From Synechococcus sp. (GTDB lineage Bacteria; Cyanobacteriota; Cyanobacteriia; PCC-6307; Cyanobiaceae): a stretch of 64,000 bases of DNA. A program made the translations under genes and the position numbers. The stretch's first letter is position 1; each line of letters opens with the position of its first letter. Shown in pieces: positions 32,135-45,400 of this stretch. The stretch is from contig JBJBCN010000003.1 of NCBI GenBank assembly GCA_047285805.1, positions 608,001-672,000 on the forward strand, written 5' to 3'. The notes below the pieces were generated by a model. That model searched no databases. It worked only from the letters and a program-made list of their open reading frames with translations, and had not been told where the DNA came from.

Positions 32135-32251
32135 TCAAACCAGCTGGGCCAGTTCAGCAGCAAGACGAACAGCACCCACAGCAGCCCCGAGCTGATTCGA
32201 GGCCATCGCCTTCTCTTGAACCTTGGCGAGGGCGGCAAGCTTTTCTGCCAG
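32135..32251 (-). pseudogene. 5'-truncated gene remnant abutting the att-like repeat
   Basis: LAEKLAALAKVQEKAMASNQLGAAVGAVRLAAELAQLV-stop; no plausible start for the full helical stretch before the tRNA-derived repeat. Confidence 0.5.
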
Positions 32252-32283
32252 GATGTCGCTGGTTCGAACCCGGCACCGGGCAT
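32249..32283 (+). repeat. att-like copy of the tRNA-Val 3' half
   Basis: CAGGATGTCGCTGGTTCGAACCCGGCACCGGGCAT identical to 30074-30108. Confidence 0.97.
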
Positions 32284-32291
32284 CAACGTTG

Positions 32292-33830
32292 TTAGTGAGC
32301 TGAGGACAGCTCACCTCCGCGGCCGCCCGCCTCTTCCGCCACGCCGATCCGGGCGAACAGGTTCAGGCTCTCGTCGTTCAGGTTGATCACCTCGACTTGG
32401 GTGCCGCCGAGCTTGAGCTTGCGGATGACCTGATCGAGGGCGGTCACACCGCTTTGATCCCAGATGTGGGCCTCGCCCATGTCGATCGTGACGCGAGCGG
32501 GATGCTCGTGCAGCTCAAAGCCCTGCCGGAAGTAGATGCTGCTGACGAAGAACAGCTGACCGCGGACGCGGTAGATGCGGTGCTCGCTGCCGCTGAGCTC
32601 GCTGCTGACCTCGATCACCTTGGCTACCTTGCGGCTGAAGAGGATCCCCGCCAGGGCTACACCGGAGAGCAGGCCCACCGCCAGGTTGTGGGTCAGCACA
32701 GTCACGACCACTGTCAGGAGCATCACCGAGGTGTCGCTCCTGGGGATGCGGCGGATGCTCCGGATCGAATCCCAGTTGGCGGTGTTGATGGCGATCATCA
32801 CCATCACCCCCACCAGGGTGGCCATTGGGATCTGATTGACCCATTGGCTGGCAAGCAGGATCATCGCCAGCAGGCTCACGCCCGAGGTGAGGGTGGAGAG
32901 GCGGGTGCGGCCGCCGTAGCCCACGTTCATCACCGATTGGCCCACCAGGGCGCAGCCGGCCATGCCGCCGAAGAACGAACTAATGATGTTGCCGATGCCT
33001 TGGCCGCGGGCTTCCTGGTTTTTGTGGGACGAGCTGTCGGTGACGTCGTCGAGGATGTCCTGGGTCAGGAAGGTTTCCATCAGGCCCACCAGGGAGATGG
33101 CCAGGGCTGTCGGCAGGATCAGGCCCAGGGTCCCCGTGGTGAAGGGAACCTGCGGGATGCCGAATTGGGGCAGGCCGCTCGGCAGGGTGCCAAGGCTGCT
33201 CACGGTGGGCACGTCGAGGCCCATGCGAATGGAGATCCCCGTTGAAATCAAGATCGCCATCAGGGCTGAAGGAACGACCTTGGTGAAGCGCGGCATCACG
33301 TAGATGATCACTAGGGTCAGGGCCATCAGGCCCCAGACCTCAGGCAGCTGCCCCGCGGTGACCGCCACCTTCTCGGGGTGGAAGAAATCAAGTCCCAACT
33401 GGGGCAGTTGCGCCAGGAAGATCAGGATCGCCAGGGCGTTCACAAAGCCCGCCATGACCGGTTGGGGCACAAAGCGCATCTGGTGGGCAAGCCGTAAATA
33501 GCCCCAGGCGATCTGCAGAACACCCGTCAGGATCCCGGCCGCCAGCAAGTACTGCAGGCCCATGCCTTCGCCCAGGGCGTTGCCCTGCTCCACTAGCCCC
33601 GTCATCAGCAGGGCGGTGGAGCCCGTGGCCGAGGTGATCATCGCGGTGCGCCCGCCGAAAACCGCGAGGGTCACCGACAGCATGAAGGCGCCGAACAGGC
33701 CGACCCTCGGGTCCACGCCGGCGATGCCGGAGAAGGCGATGGCCTCCGGGATCATCGCGAAGGCCACCACCAGGCCCGAGAGGATGTCCCGATGGGGCTT
33801 GCCCCACCATTCTTTGAGGGCGAGATTCAT
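32292..33830 (-). CDS. SulP/SLC26 inorganic anion transporter with STAS domain
   Basis: [34 protein letters not shown] 33830. Confidence 0.93.
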   Translation of the reverse strand: MNLALKEWWGKPHRDILSGLVVAFAMIPEAIAFSGIAGVDPRVGLFGAFMLSVTLAVFGGRTAMITSATGSTALLMTGLVEQGNALGEGMGLQYLLAAGILTGVLQIAWGYLRLAHQMRFVPQPVMAGFVNALAILIFLAQLPQLGLDFFHPEKVAVTAGQLPEVWGLMALTLVIIYVMPRFTKVVPSALMAILISTGISIRMGLDVPTVSSLGTLPSGLPQFGIPQVPFTTGTLGLILPTALAISLVGLMETFLTQDILDDVTDSSSHKNQEARGQGIGNIISSFFGGMAGCALVGQSVMNVGYGGRTRLSTLTSGVSLLAMILLASQWVNQIPMATLVGVMVMIAINTANWDSIRSIRRIPRSDTSVMLLTVVVTVLTHNLAVGLLSGVALAGILFSRKVAKVIEVSSELSGSEHRIYRVRGQLFFVSSIYFRQGFELHEHPARVTIDMGEAHIWDQSGVTALDQVIRKLKLGGTQVEVINLNDESLNLFARIGVAEEAGGRGGELSSAH

Positions 33831-33861
33831 AGGGCCTGCGGCTGCTGTCGTTTGGCGTTCC

Positions 33862-34776
33862 CTACTGGGAATCACCCGCTGGGGCCGACCCTATCAGTGC
33901 TGCACTTACGGTCCAGAGGCGTGCACAGGCTTCGACGTCCAGCGCTTGAGGGGGCATGCGGCAGATGGTTGGGTAGCCCTGGAGGTTCCCGAACCCTCCC
34001 GGTCCGTAGAACACCCCGGCTTTGGCGTCCGGTGCCGTCGCGGCAAAGAGCTGGGGTAGGGCCCCCATTGCGGCGCTCTGAAAGAGCGGATCCATCAGGC
34101 GGTAGACCAACCCCTCGAACTTGGCGTTTTTGGCAGCCACGGAGGTGGGCTGCAGGTTGGTGCGGGCCAGCCCCGGGTGGGCCACAAGCGAGAGCACGCT
34201 AGAGCCCTCCTCCTCCAGCTGGCGCTGGAGGAGGAGGGCTGTCATGGCGTTGGCGAGCTTGCTTTGGCCGTAGGCATCCCAGGGCCGGTAACGCGTCTCG
34301 CCCTGCAGATCATCGAATTGGATTCGGCCGAAGTAGGCCGCTCCAGAACTCACATGCACGATCCGGCCGCTGGGGCTCCGCTTCAGCAGGGGGAGTAGGG
34401 CTTGGGTCAAGGCGACATGGCCCAGGTGGTTCACCGCAAATTGCAGTTCAAAGCCCTGGCGGCTCAAGGTCCGGGGCGGTGCCATCACCCCGGCGTTGTT
34501 CAGCAGGAGGTCGAGCTGTTCGACTTGGGTGGCGGCCCGCTGCACGCTTTCCACGTCCGCCAGGTCCAGTTCGAGCGGGATCAGCTCTCCGCCGGTTTCC
34601 GAGCGCAGGGCTGCGGCGGTGCTGCTGGCCCTCTCCAAGCTGCGGCAGGCCAGCAGCACGGTGGCGCCCTTGGCGGCCAGGGCCCGCGCGCTTTCGAGGC
34701 CCAAGCCACTGTTGGCGCCAGTGATCAGGGCGGTCCGCCCCCGTTGATCGGGGATGTCAGCGGTGGTCCAGGGCAC
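33862..34776 (-). CDS. Short-chain dehydrogenase/reductase
   Basis: [28 protein letters not shown] start inferred. Confidence 0.93.
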   Translation of the reverse strand: MPWTTADIPDQRGRTALITGANSGLGLESARALAAKGATVLLACRSLERASSTAAALRSETGGELIPLELDLADVESVQRAATQVEQLDLLLNNAGVMAPPRTLSRQGFELQFAVNHLGHVALTQALLPLLKRSPSGRIVHVSSGAAYFGRIQFDDLQGETRYRPWDAYGQSKLANAMTALLLQRQLEEEGSSVLSLVAHPGLARTNLQPTSVAAKNAKFEGLVYRLMDPLFQSAAMGALPQLFAATAPDAKAGVFYGPGGFGNLQGYPTICRMPPQALDVEACARLWTVSAALIGSAPAGDSQ

Positions 34777-34790
34777 GTTGAGGTCGGGCA

Positions 34791-35606
34791 CTACGGTCCC
34801 AATCGTCTCGCCCGCAGCTCCAGCACCGTGGGCCCAACCCAGAAACTGCCGGGGTCTGAGGCGGCCGCCTGGATCTGCTCGAGCGCTTCGTTTTGATTGG
34901 CCGTGCTCCAGAGCCCGAGCCGCAGCAGTTGCAGCCCATAGACCGCGACAAAGCGCTCCATCCATTGGGCCGCCATCGATCCCTGGGGGCCCAGCACAGG
35001 CAGGGGGAGCAACTCTTCGATCTGCCAGCCCCGAGTACTCAGCAGGGATGGCAGCCTGCGGTTCACGTCCGGATCTCCGCCGGCGGCGCGGAAGCTCTGT
35101 TGACAGGCCTGCCCGAACCTCGCGACCGCATCCGCCTTGGGATGGAGGGCGAAGGTGTCCCAGTGGACGTATTCGTGGACGAGCAGCTGGGCGCCCACCG
35201 GTAGGCAGTGCTCCAGGCCCGCCAGCAGGGGTTCGAGGTCCGGCAGAAACATCGCCAGCCAGCGGCACCAGGCCAGATCGAAGTGCTCGTCCGGCCAGGG
35301 ATCCTTCAGCAGATCGTGCTGGCGGAACTCGAGTTGCGGCAGACCGTTTCTTTGGGCGAGGGCTTGGGCCTCGGCGGCGTAGTCGGCGCTGAGCTCCAGC
35401 CCCAGGACTCGTCCGGTGGGGCCTACGCGGGCCGCCAGGTCAGCGGCAGCAAAACCAGGACCGGCTCCCAAATCCAGCAACCGCTGGCCGCTCTCGATGC
35501 CGGCCCGCGTCCAGGCCGCTTCGCTGACGGGGGACCAGAGCTCGTGCTGAAAGCGCAGCCGCTCCAGCTCGCTCTGATGGGTTCCGAGGACGTAGTCCGA
35601 GGCCAT
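34791..35606 (-). CDS. Class I SAM-dependent methyltransferase
   Basis: YVLG...E.ERL, LDLGAGPG. Confidence 0.9.
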   Translation of the reverse strand: MASDYVLGTHQSELERLRFQHELWSPVSEAAWTRAGIESGQRLLDLGAGPGFAAADLAARVGPTGRVLGLELSADYAAEAQALAQRNGLPQLEFRQHDLLKDPWPDEHFDLAWCRWLAMFLPDLEPLLAGLEHCLPVGAQLLVHEYVHWDTFALHPKADAVARFGQACQQSFRAAGGDPDVNRRLPSLLSTRGWQIEELLPLPVLGPQGSMAAQWMERFVAVYGLQLLRLGLWSTANQNEALEQIQAAASDPGSFWVGPTVLELRARRLGP

Positions 35607-35617
35607 CGCCCCGCAAC

Positions 35618-35872
35618 TCAGTCTTCGGGGAACAGCAGGGAGGCGAGTTCGTCGGGATCCACGTCGTAAACGCGGGCCAGGCTGGTCTCGATCGCTGCGG
35701 TGACCTCGCCGGGTAGGAAGCGCATTGCGCTGAGGGCGTCGTCGGTGATCTCGTCGGTCAGAAGCTTGTCTCCGCCAAGCTTCTCGTCATTGATGACGGC
35801 CATCACCCAGCTCTGATAGGCGTACACCAGATCGGAAAACTCCAGCTCGGCGTCGTTGAAGTCGAGGGCCAT
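35618..35872 (-). CDS. Acidic conserved hypothetical protein
   Basis: MALDFNDAELEFSDLVYAYQSWVMAVINDEKL; host-like codon use. Confidence 0.8.
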   Translation of the reverse strand: MALDFNDAELEFSDLVYAYQSWVMAVINDEKLGGDKLLTDEITDDALSAMRFLPGEVTAAIETSLARVYDVDPDELASLLFPED

Positions 35873-35925
35873 GGCTCGGCGTTCACTTGACCGCAGTCTG
35901 CACACCAATGAGGAGGATGGATGTC

Positions 35926-36384
35926 ATGACAACTGCATCTCCTGACCCACTTGCCCTGCAGGCGACCTTGGTGGATTTCGCCTTGGCAGAGTTGGTGCGC
36001 CAAAACCGCGACAGCTTTCCTCCCCTCTGGACCAGTGAGAGCTGGGCGAAATTGCTGATTTGGCTGGCCCTGAACTGCGGCTGCAGCGGCGACCAGTCGG
36101 GCCTGAAGAAGTTCGCGGAGTCCATCGGTGCGGCGCAGACCGCGCGGATGCGCCGGGTCTTTTTCGAGCGGGAGCTGGGGGATCTGGAACTGCAGCTGAT
36201 GGCCGATCCCGCGGAACAGCAGGTTTTGGTTTTGCCCCAGGGCCCCGCTGATGAGGTGCTCGACTTCGATCGCATTGCCCGTGGGCTGGAGCGTGTCGGT
36301 TTGAGCGAGCGGCTGCCGGTGGAGCGGGAGCGCTGGCAACGCTTGGATTCTCTCGTGGCGATCCCCTGGCTGGAGTCCCTGTGA
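35926..36384 (+). CDS. Conserved hypothetical protein
   Basis: AGGAGG upstream; WAKLLIWLALNCG; overlaps the next gene. Confidence 0.8.
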   Translation: MTTASPDPLALQATLVDFALAELVRQNRDSFPPLWTSESWAKLLIWLALNCGCSGDQSGLKKFAESIGAAQTARMRRVFFERELGDLELQLMADPAEQQVLVLPQGPADEVLDFDRIARGLERVGLSERLPVERERWQRLDSLVAIPWLESL

Positions 36385-37010
36385 CGGACCTGATCGCCCG
36401 CTACAGCAATCCCGGTTTTGAGGCCCTCTCCGATGGGGTGATGGCCTTCTTTGATCGTCGCGCGGACCTGCAGCGCTCTGGTGTGGCGTTTGGCCCTGAG
36501 GGCCAAGGAGAGCCCGCCAAGGTCTCGACCGACATCAGCCTGGTGACGATCGACCGCTCGGACCCTGAGGCCTTCGCCCTGGCGGAGGTGATCCTGCGGG
36601 GGGTGACGGCTGGCCTGGAGCGCTACCTGCAGGAGCGGCCGCTGTTCCGTGACTGCTGCCCGGACCAGGAGCTCTTCGTCAATCCGATCTTCAACCTGCA
36701 GCGCTATGCCCCCGGCGAGGGCTTCAAGCGCTGGCACTGCGACTGGACCATCAGCGATGAGGCCACTGAGCCGGTGCACCGCGTCTTGGCCTGGATCTTG
36801 TATTGCAACAGCGTCGAGGAGGCCGGCACCGAGTTCCACTGGCAGGGGCACCACGAAGAGGCTCAGCGCGGCAAGCTCGTCTTGTTCCCTGCCGGGCCTT
36901 CCCACATCCATCGCGGCCGGGTGAATCAGAGCGAGAGCAAAACCATTGCCACCGGTTGGATCAATGCCGGCAGCCGCGAGGGCTATCTCAAACGCCTGGC
37001 GGCGGGCTAA
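36381..37010 (+). CDS. 2OG-Fe(II) oxygenase family protein
   Basis: NLQRY.PGEGF..WHCD, GTEF, HIHRG, KTIATGW. Confidence 0.88.
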   Translation: MTDLIARYSNPGFEALSDGVMAFFDRRADLQRSGVAFGPEGQGEPAKVSTDISLVTIDRSDPEAFALAEVILRGVTAGLERYLQERPLFRDCCPDQELFVNPIFNLQRYAPGEGFKRWHCDWTISDEATEPVHRVLAWILYCNSVEEAGTEFHWQGHHEEAQRGKLVLFPAGPSHIHRGRVNQSESKTIATGWINAGSREGYLKRLAAG

Positions 37011-37059
37011 GTCGCCGGCGGCCCTTTGCGAGCATGGGTGGATTGCCTGATCTGCTTCC

Positions 37060-39840
37060 GTGACCGAGCTCACCGCCGCTGCTCCTGCCACCGCTGCGGA
37101 GGGTCTATCCAAGACGTACGACCCGGTGGGCACCGAGGCGCGTTGGCAGCAGGCCTGGGAAACCCAAGGCGCCTTTCACCCGGACCCGAAGGCTCCCGGT
37201 GAGCCGTTTTCGGTGGTGATTCCACCGCCGAACGTGACCGGCAGCCTGCACATGGGTCACGCCTTCAACACGGCCCTGATCGACACGATTGTCCGCTTCC
37301 AGCGGCTCCAGGGCAAAAACGTGTTGTGCCTGCCCGGCACCGACCACGCCTCGATCGCCGTCCAGACGATCCTAGAGAAGCAGCTCAAAGCCGACGGCAA
37401 GCGCAAGGAAGACGTCGGCCGTGAGGCCTTCCTGGAGAAGGCCTGGAAGTGGAAGGCCCAGAGCGGCGGCACTATCGTCGGGCAGCTGCGCCGCCTTGGT
37501 TATTCGGTGGACTGGCGCCGGGAGCGCTTCACCCTCGACGCCGGCTGCAGCGAAGCGGTGATCGAGGCCTTCAACTGCCTGCATGAGAAGAGCTTGATCT
37601 ACCGGGGCGAGTACCTGGTGAATTGGTGCCCAGCCTCCGGATCAGCCGTGAGCGATCTGGAGGTGGAGATGAAGGAGGTGGATGGTCACCTCTGGCATTT
37701 CCGTTATCCCCTCAGCAGCGGCCAGGGCTTCTTGGAGGTGGCGACGACCCGCCCCGAAACCCTCCTCGGTGACACCGGCGTGGCTGTGAACCCGAAGGAC
37801 CCCCGCTATGTGGAGTTGGTGGGCCAAACCCTGACCCTACCGCTGGTGGGCCGGGAGATTCTGATCGTGGCCGATGACCACGTCGACGCCGAGTTTGGGA
37901 CGGGCTGCGTCAAGGTCACCCCCGCCCACGACCCCAATGACTTCGCGATCGGCCAGCGCCACAACCTGCCGCTGATCACGGTGATGGCGAAGGACGGCTC
38001 GATGAACGAGGCCGCCGGTCGCTTTCAAGGACTCGATCGCTTTGAAGCGCGTAAGGCCGTGGTGGCGGCAATGGAGGAGGAGGGCTTGCTGGTGAAAGTG
38101 GAGGACTACCGCCACAGCGTTCCCTTCTCCGACCGGGGCAAGGTGCCCGTGGAGCCCCTGCTCTCCACCCAGTGGTTCGTCAAAACCGAGCCCTTGGCGG
38201 CCCGCTGCCGCGAGGCCCTCGAGAACGCTGATCCCCGATTTGTGCCGGAGCGTTGGAGCAAGGTCTACCGCGATTGGCTCACGGACATTCGCGATTGGTG
38301 CATCTCCCGCCAGCTCTGGTGGGGCCACCGCATCCCGGCTTGGTTTGTGGTCAGCGAGACCGGCGGTGTTATCACCGACTCCACCCCCTATGTGGTGGCG
38401 CGTGATGAAGCGGAGGCCCAGGGCAAAGCGGATGCCCAGTTCGGTGCTGGTGCTGCCCTCGAGCAGGATCCGGACGCCCTCGACACCTGGTTCTCCAGTG
38501 GTCTCTGGCCCTTCTCCACCATGGGTTGGCCCAATGCCGAGGCGGCCGATCTGCAGCGCTGGTACCCCACCAGCGTGCTGGTGACGGGCTTCGACATCAT
38601 CTTTTTCTGGGTGGCCCGGATGACGATGATGGCCGGCGCCTTCACTGGGCGGATGCCCTTCCAGGACGTCTACATCCACGGCCTGGTGCGGGATGAGAAC
38701 AACCGCAAGATGAGCAAGTCGGCGGGCAATGGCATCGACCCGCTGCTGCTGATCGATCGCTATGGCGCCGACGCCCTGCGCTTTGCCCTGGTGCGCGAGG
38801 TGGCCGGTGCCGGCCAGGACATTCGCCTGGACTACGACCGCAAGTCGGAAACCTCCGCGACGGTGGAGGCCTCACGCAACTTCGCTAACAAGCTCTGGAA
38901 CGTCACCCGCTTCGCCCTGATGAACCTGGGCGGCGAGACCCCTGAGAGCCTGGGTGAGCCAGATCCCGCTGCCCTGCAGCTGGCGGACCGTTGGATCCTG
39001 TCGCGTTTGGCCCGAGTGAACCGAGATAGCGCTGAGCGCTATGGCAGCTACGGCCTTGGCGAGGCGGCCAAGGGGCTCTATGAATTCGCCTGGAACGAGG
39101 TCTGCGACTGGTACGTCGAGCTGATCAAGCGCCGCTTGAACCCCGGCGAGAACCCTAGTTCTGAAGCCCTCGCGGATCAACGCACGGCCCGCCAGGTGCT
39201 GGCCAAGGCTCTGAATGAATTGCTGGTGATGCTGCATCCGCTGATGCCCCACCTCAGCGAGGAGCTCTGGCATGGCCTCAACGGCGAGCTCGAGGAGACG
39301 TTCCTGGCCCTGCAGCCCTGGCCGACCTTCGACGTCTCGGCTCTGGATGAAGACTTGGAGGCGTCCTTCGCCGACCTGATTGACGCGATTCGCGTGGTGC
39401 GCAACCTGCGGGCGGTGGCGGGTCTGAAGCCCAGCCAGAGCGTTCCGGTGCGGTTCGTAACGGGTCGCAGTGCGTTGGCGTCGGTGCTCAGTTCCGCCAC
39501 CCCGGACATCATGGCCTTGTCCCGGGCGGAGCGGGTGGAGGTGCTGGACCCTGCCGCCGCTGAGGCCAATCCCGCCGCGAAGGCCCTGGCCGGGGTGAGC
39601 GGTGAACTTCAGGTGTTGCTGCCGATCGACGGTCTGGTGGATCTCGATGCGCTGCGGGGCCGGCTGGAGAAGGACATTGCCAAGGCGGAGAAGGAGATCA
39701 AGGGGCTCTCGGGTCGCCTTTCCAACCCCAATTTCGCCTCGAAGGCTCCCCCTGAGGTGGTGGTGGAGTGCCAGGCCAACTTGGCGGAAGCGGAGGCCCA
39801 GGCGGAGCTGGCCCGCAAGCGCCTGGCCGACCTGGGTTGA
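37060..39840 (+). CDS. valS: Valyl-tRNA synthetase
   Basis: [33 protein letters not shown]. Confidence 0.99.
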   Translation: MTELTAAAPATAAEGLSKTYDPVGTEARWQQAWETQGAFHPDPKAPGEPFSVVIPPPNVTGSLHMGHAFNTALIDTIVRFQRLQGKNVLCLPGTDHASIAVQTILEKQLKADGKRKEDVGREAFLEKAWKWKAQSGGTIVGQLRRLGYSVDWRRERFTLDAGCSEAVIEAFNCLHEKSLIYRGEYLVNWCPASGSAVSDLEVEMKEVDGHLWHFRYPLSSGQGFLEVATTRPETLLGDTGVAVNPKDPRYVELVGQTLTLPLVGREILIVADDHVDAEFGTGCVKVTPAHDPNDFAIGQRHNLPLITVMAKDGSMNEAAGRFQGLDRFEARKAVVAAMEEEGLLVKVEDYRHSVPFSDRGKVPVEPLLSTQWFVKTEPLAARCREALENADPRFVPERWSKVYRDWLTDIRDWCISRQLWWGHRIPAWFVVSETGGVITDSTPYVVARDEAEAQGKADAQFGAGAALEQDPDALDTWFSSGLWPFSTMGWPNAEAADLQRWYPTSVLVTGFDIIFFWVARMTMMAGAFTGRMPFQDVYIHGLVRDENNRKMSKSAGNGIDPLLLIDRYGADALRFALVREVAGAGQDIRLDYDRKSETSATVEASRNFANKLWNVTRFALMNLGGETPESLGEPDPAALQLADRWILSRLARVNRDSAERYGSYGLGEAAKGLYEFAWNEVCDWYVELIKRRLNPGENPSSEALADQRTARQVLAKALNELLVMLHPLMPHLSEELWHGLNGELEETFLALQPWPTFDVSALDEDLEASFADLIDAIRVVRNLRAVAGLKPSQSVPVRFVTGRSALASVLSSATPDIMALSRAERVEVLDPAAAEANPAAKALAGVSGELQVLLPIDGLVDLDALRGRLEKDIAKAEKEIKGLSGRLSNPNFASKAPPEVVVECQANLAEAEAQAELARKRLADLG

Positions 39841-40429
39841 TGGATTGGCAGAGCTGGCTCCCGGTTCTGCAGTCCCCCGCGGGGGCCCTGCTGTTCATCC
39901 CCCTATATGCGGTTTGGGTAACGCTGCTGTTGCCGGGGGTCTGGGCGTCGATGTTGGCCGGTGCCTTGTACGGCACTTGGTGGGGCAGCTTGATCGTCTT
40001 TGTTGGGGCCTGCCTCGGGGCTGAAGCGGCTTTTTTGCTGGGACGCACGTGGCTGCGTGGTTGGGCGATGCGCCGGCTTGAGTCGTTCCCCAAGCTGCAG
40101 GCGGTGGAGCAGGCAGTTAGCCGTGAGGGGTTGAAGCTGGTGCTGCTGACCCGCCTTTCTCCGGCGTTTCCGTTCTCCTTGCTCAACCTGGCCTATGGCC
40201 TGAGCGAGGTGAGCCTGCGCGATTACACGACTGGTCTGCTAGGGATCATCCCCGGCACGATCCTGTTCTGCGGCTTGGGGGCCCTCGCCGGTGATGTGGC
40301 CCGCTTCGGTGAGGTGCTCAGCGGTGAGGCGGATCCCTTCACCTGGACCCTGCGGGTGGTGGGCATCGCCGCCACGGTGGCCTCTGTCTGGCTGGTGGGC
40401 CGGGCTGCTCAGAGGGCCCTCAGTGCGGC

Positions 40430-40445
<16 letters not shown>
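39840..40445 (+). CDS. TVP38/TMEM64 (VTT/DedA) family membrane protein
   Basis: LTRLSPAFPFSLLNLAYGLS; ATG overlaps the valS stop. Confidence 0.9.
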
Positions 40446-42648
<2,203 letters not shown>

Positions 42649-43077
42649 TCAGGCAGCGGCCATCTTTTGGATGCGATCGACCTTCCAGTCGTCCTCGATC
42701 TTCACGAAAGTGAAGTCCAGAGGCAGCTCGGCGTTGTCTTCAGCCTTGAGCTTTACGGTCAGGGTGATCTGGTCCTCCTGGATGCGGGGACGACCGGACT
42801 TGAGGTTGCGGTACTTGTTCAGCTGCAGGCCGGCCAAAAAGCGAATGAACTGCTGCCGGTTCACGTGGGAGCGATAGTTCTTTGTGGTCAGCAGGTAGGC
42901 GGCGTCAATGCGGCCGGAGGCGACCTGGGTGAAGAATTGCTTGATGACCGGATTGATCCCCCGGGCGTTCAGCACCAGCTTCACGGCGCTGATGGTCCAG
43001 TACAGGAGCAGGGCCCCGGCGCCAGCCAACAGGGCTTTGGTGCCGATCTGAGAGATTAGGGCCGTATTGAGGTCCAT
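42649..43077 (-). CDS. Membrane-anchored hypothetical protein (NTF2-like/DUF4864-like by pattern)
   Basis: N-terminal TM helix; FF.....G.IDAAY.LT...Y, W.VD; ATG 43077. Confidence 0.75.
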   Translation of the reverse strand: MDLNTALISQIGTKALLAGAGALLLYWTISAVKLVLNARGINPVIKQFFTQVASGRIDAAYLLTTKNYRSHVNRQQFIRFLAGLQLNKYRNLKSGRPRIQEDQITLTVKLKAEDNAELPLDFTFVKIEDDWKVDRIQKMAAA

Positions 43078-43160
43078 CGCGCCCGGGACAAGTACATGCG
43101 GCCCATGAGTCTGACTGACGGACCCGTCAGAATGCGGCGCAGCCGTCCAGCTCCTCCGGC

Positions 43161-43691
43161 GTGCCCCTCGCACCGCTGCTGCCGCTGTATCACCGCCTAA
43201 ACCGCGAGCACTTCGAGGGTTCCCTGGCCAGCGCCGATGGGACCAGCCTTGTGAGCGTTCGTTGGAGCGATGGGCGCATGCGGCGCAGCGCCGGCCTGTA
43301 TCGCTATGGCCCCGGTGTCAGCGAGATCGTTCTCTCGCGGCCCCTGCTCGAACCGCTGCCGCTGGAGGCCTGCCTCAGCACCCTCTGCCACGAGATGATC
43401 CACGCCTGGATCCATCGGGTGGTGCGTGCCGACGAGGTCCACGGTCCCCATTTCCGGGCGCGGATGGCGGCTATTAATGGGGCGCAGCAGGAGTTTTTAG
43501 TCAGCGTCCGCCACAGTTTTCCGGTACCAGCCCAACCGGCGAAGTGGCTGGCCCGTTGCCCCTGCTGCGGTCTGCAGTCTCCCTATCGCCGTCGCCGCCA
43601 GGGGGTGGCGTGCCGGCGCTGCTGCGATCGTTTTGAAGGGGGCCGTTGGAGCGCCCGTTTCCAGCTGGTCTTCGAGCGCTCCGCGGCCTAA
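43161..43691 (+). CDS. SprT-like zinc metalloprotease
   Basis: TLCHEMIH, HGP.F, C-terminal Cys cluster. Confidence 0.9.
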   Translation: MPLAPLLPLYHRLNREHFEGSLASADGTSLVSVRWSDGRMRRSAGLYRYGPGVSEIVLSRPLLEPLPLEACLSTLCHEMIHAWIHRVVRADEVHGPHFRARMAAINGAQQEFLVSVRHSFPVPAQPAKWLARCPCCGLQSPYRRRRQGVACRRCCDRFEGGRWSARFQLVFERSAA

Positions 43692-43700
43692 GTTCCGCCC

Positions 43701-43805
43701 ATGACCACGGTTCTTTTGGTTTGGCAGCTCAGCGGCGTCTCGATCGCCTTGCTGGGCCTTGGGCGTGATCGCTGGTTGCGTGCCCGCCGCCTGGGTCGGG
43801 GCTAG
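43701..43805 (+). CDS. 34-aa hydrophobic micro-ORF
   Basis: MTTVLLVWQLSGVSIALLGLGRDRWLRARRLGRG fills the intergenic gap; TM segment plus basic tail. Confidence 0.45.
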   Translation: MTTVLLVWQLSGVSIALLGLGRDRWLRARRLGRG

Positions 43806-43824
43806 GTCTCACTAGGCTGGGTTG

Positions 43825-44412
43825 ATGCGCGATTCCTACGACGACTGGTCTTCCGAGCGACCTGAGCGCTCGGCGTACCGGCGTGGGGAGCGAGGCTTGG
43901 ACCAACGGATGGACCAGTGGGTGTCAGCGGGTCGCCAGTTGGTCGATGGTGTCTCTGGCGCCCGACCCGGTGGTCGCCGCTCGTCTTCGGGCCTTCGCCT
44001 GGATCAGGTCGGACGTTGGGTGGAGGACAAGATCGACTGGCTGCTGGAAGATGATGACGGCTGGCGCGAGTCCTGGGAAGAGCCTGCGTCGCCACCCCAG
44101 AGCCGCCGCCAACCCTTAGACGCGATCTCCCGCCGGGGCCGATCCGTTCGCCTTGAGGCTCAGCCAGAACCCAGTGTCCTGGCGTTGGCCCAAGAACCTG
44201 TTGATCCGGACACTTGGCCGCAAGACGACAGTTTCACGCTGAACCGCTGGAAGCGCGAGGCCAGCCCACGGATGCCGGATCCCGCGCGTTCGGATCGCTC
44301 TCGTGCAGATCGAACCAGCTCAGATCGGACCGTGGAGGTCGTTGACTCTCAGCCGTTCGATGCCGGCCTGGGTAGGTCGTTGCCTCGCTCAACCCGGCGG
44401 CGGGCGCGCTGA
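43825..44412 (+). CDS. Conserved hypothetical, largely disordered protein
   Basis: GRQLVDGVSGARPG, VGRWVEDKIDWLLEDDD, C-terminal R.LPRSTRRR. Confidence 0.75.
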   Translation: MRDSYDDWSSERPERSAYRRGERGLDQRMDQWVSAGRQLVDGVSGARPGGRRSSSGLRLDQVGRWVEDKIDWLLEDDDGWRESWEEPASPPQSRRQPLDAISRRGRSVRLEAQPEPSVLALAQEPVDPDTWPQDDSFTLNRWKREASPRMPDPARSDRSRADRTSSDRTVEVVDSQPFDAGLGRSLPRSTRRRAR

Positions 44413-44684
44413 ATCTGGTGCTTGGATCGCCGGGTTCGGGTTCTACGTTCTTGCACCTGGAATGTGCAGCCCTGCTCGCGCAGTTGGGCGTTCACCGGTG
44501 CGATCAAGTCGCGGGGAACGTCCTCGGCCATTTGCTCGACGCTGGTACTGATTGAGGCGCAGCCGTCCGAGAGCAGTTCAAGGAGGGAAGCCCACTGTTC
44601 GACGAGGGTTGACTGGGACGGACTGGCGCTGGTGTGGGGCCGTCTGCGGGAGCGGCTCCTGAGGGGAATCACGGTGATGACCAT
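44349..44684 (-). CDS. Hypothetical protein
   Basis: Plausible composition; 3' end overlaps the convergent gene. Confidence 0.45.
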   Translation of the reverse strand: MVITVIPLRSRSRRRPHTSASPSQSTLVEQWASLLELLSDGCASISTSVEQMAEDVPRDLIAPVNAQLREQGCTFQVQERRTRTRRSKHQIQRARRRVERGNDLPRPASNG

Positions 44685-44775
44685 CGCTTGCGCTAAGTCA
44701 ATCATCCCGCCAGCACATCGGGACGCAAGCTGTCAACCCTCTTCTGGTTCAACTCGTAACACCTGCAAGAAAATG

Positions 44776-45390
44776 TCATGGAGTTTTGTGTTCGGCGGGG
44801 CCGAGCCAGCGCTCCAGGAGCGGTGAGAAGACTTCCCGGATCACGGTGAGCTCTCGACCGCCGCGGAAAAAGCGGTAGTGCCGACTCCAGTAGGGGCCCG
44901 CCATGCCAAATCCGTCCTCCAGCCAGGGGGCTTGCACGCGCGCCAGGCCATCAACCTCCCGATAGAGCTCGGCGCGGTTCGCGGTGAGGCTCGTCCAGAT
45001 CGGCTGGTTGCGGGCCTGCAGGTGGCGCTCCGCTTGCTGCTGATTCCACCAGCTTTCGGCCCAGGCCAGGGTGAGGGGGCCGCAGCGCAGCCAGACCTGG
45101 CGCCGCAGCAAGGGGGGCTCGAGCTCCTCCACCTCCTGGGGTGCTTCGCTAGCCACCTGTTGATCGGCCTGCATCGCGATCACTTCCACCTGAACGGGCT
45201 GCCCGGTGAGTGATTGCAGGTGCCGGGTGGGACTGCCATCCCCCAGCAGCAGCAGGCGCCAGGGGCCCCTGAGTTCCGGGCTACCGCTGCTGGCGTCGCC
45301 GCAGAGACCGGCGGCCACCGCCTCAGGTGCGGCTTGCCAGAGGGGCTGGGGCGAGGGCCAGAGCTCGGTGGCTTGATGCGGGCTGCTCAG
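44776..45390 (-). CDS. Chorismate lyase (UbiC/DUF98-like)
   Basis: LLGDGSPTRHL, RRQVWL, WAESWW, SRHY, IREVFSP; start uncertain. Confidence 0.88.
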   Translation of the reverse strand: MSSPHQATELWPSPQPLWQAAPEAVAAGLCGDASSGSPELRGPWRLLLLGDGSPTRHLQSLTGQPVQVEVIAMQADQQVASEAPQEVEELEPPLLRRQVWLRCGPLTLAWAESWWNQQQAERHLQARNQPIWTSLTANRAELYREVDGLARVQAPWLEDGFGMAGPYWSRHYRFFRGGRELTVIREVFSPLLERWLGPAEHKTP

Positions 45391-45400
45391 GATCTTGGCG

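Noticed and set aside
31893..32138. Minus-strand ORF with a signal-peptide-like stretch (RRILLAAAANALAMLPAQA)
   Set aside because: No credible start codon directly before the signal-like segment; possibly a decayed gene but too weak to call.
32249..32283. Second tRNA gene
   Set aside because: Only the 3' half is present, with no D-arm or anticodon, so it is an att-like repeat.
44281..44333. Imperfect 15-nt periodicity (GATCG-containing units)
   Set aside because: It encodes RSDRS/RADRT/SSDRT low-complexity sequence within a disordered protein and is not an independent element.
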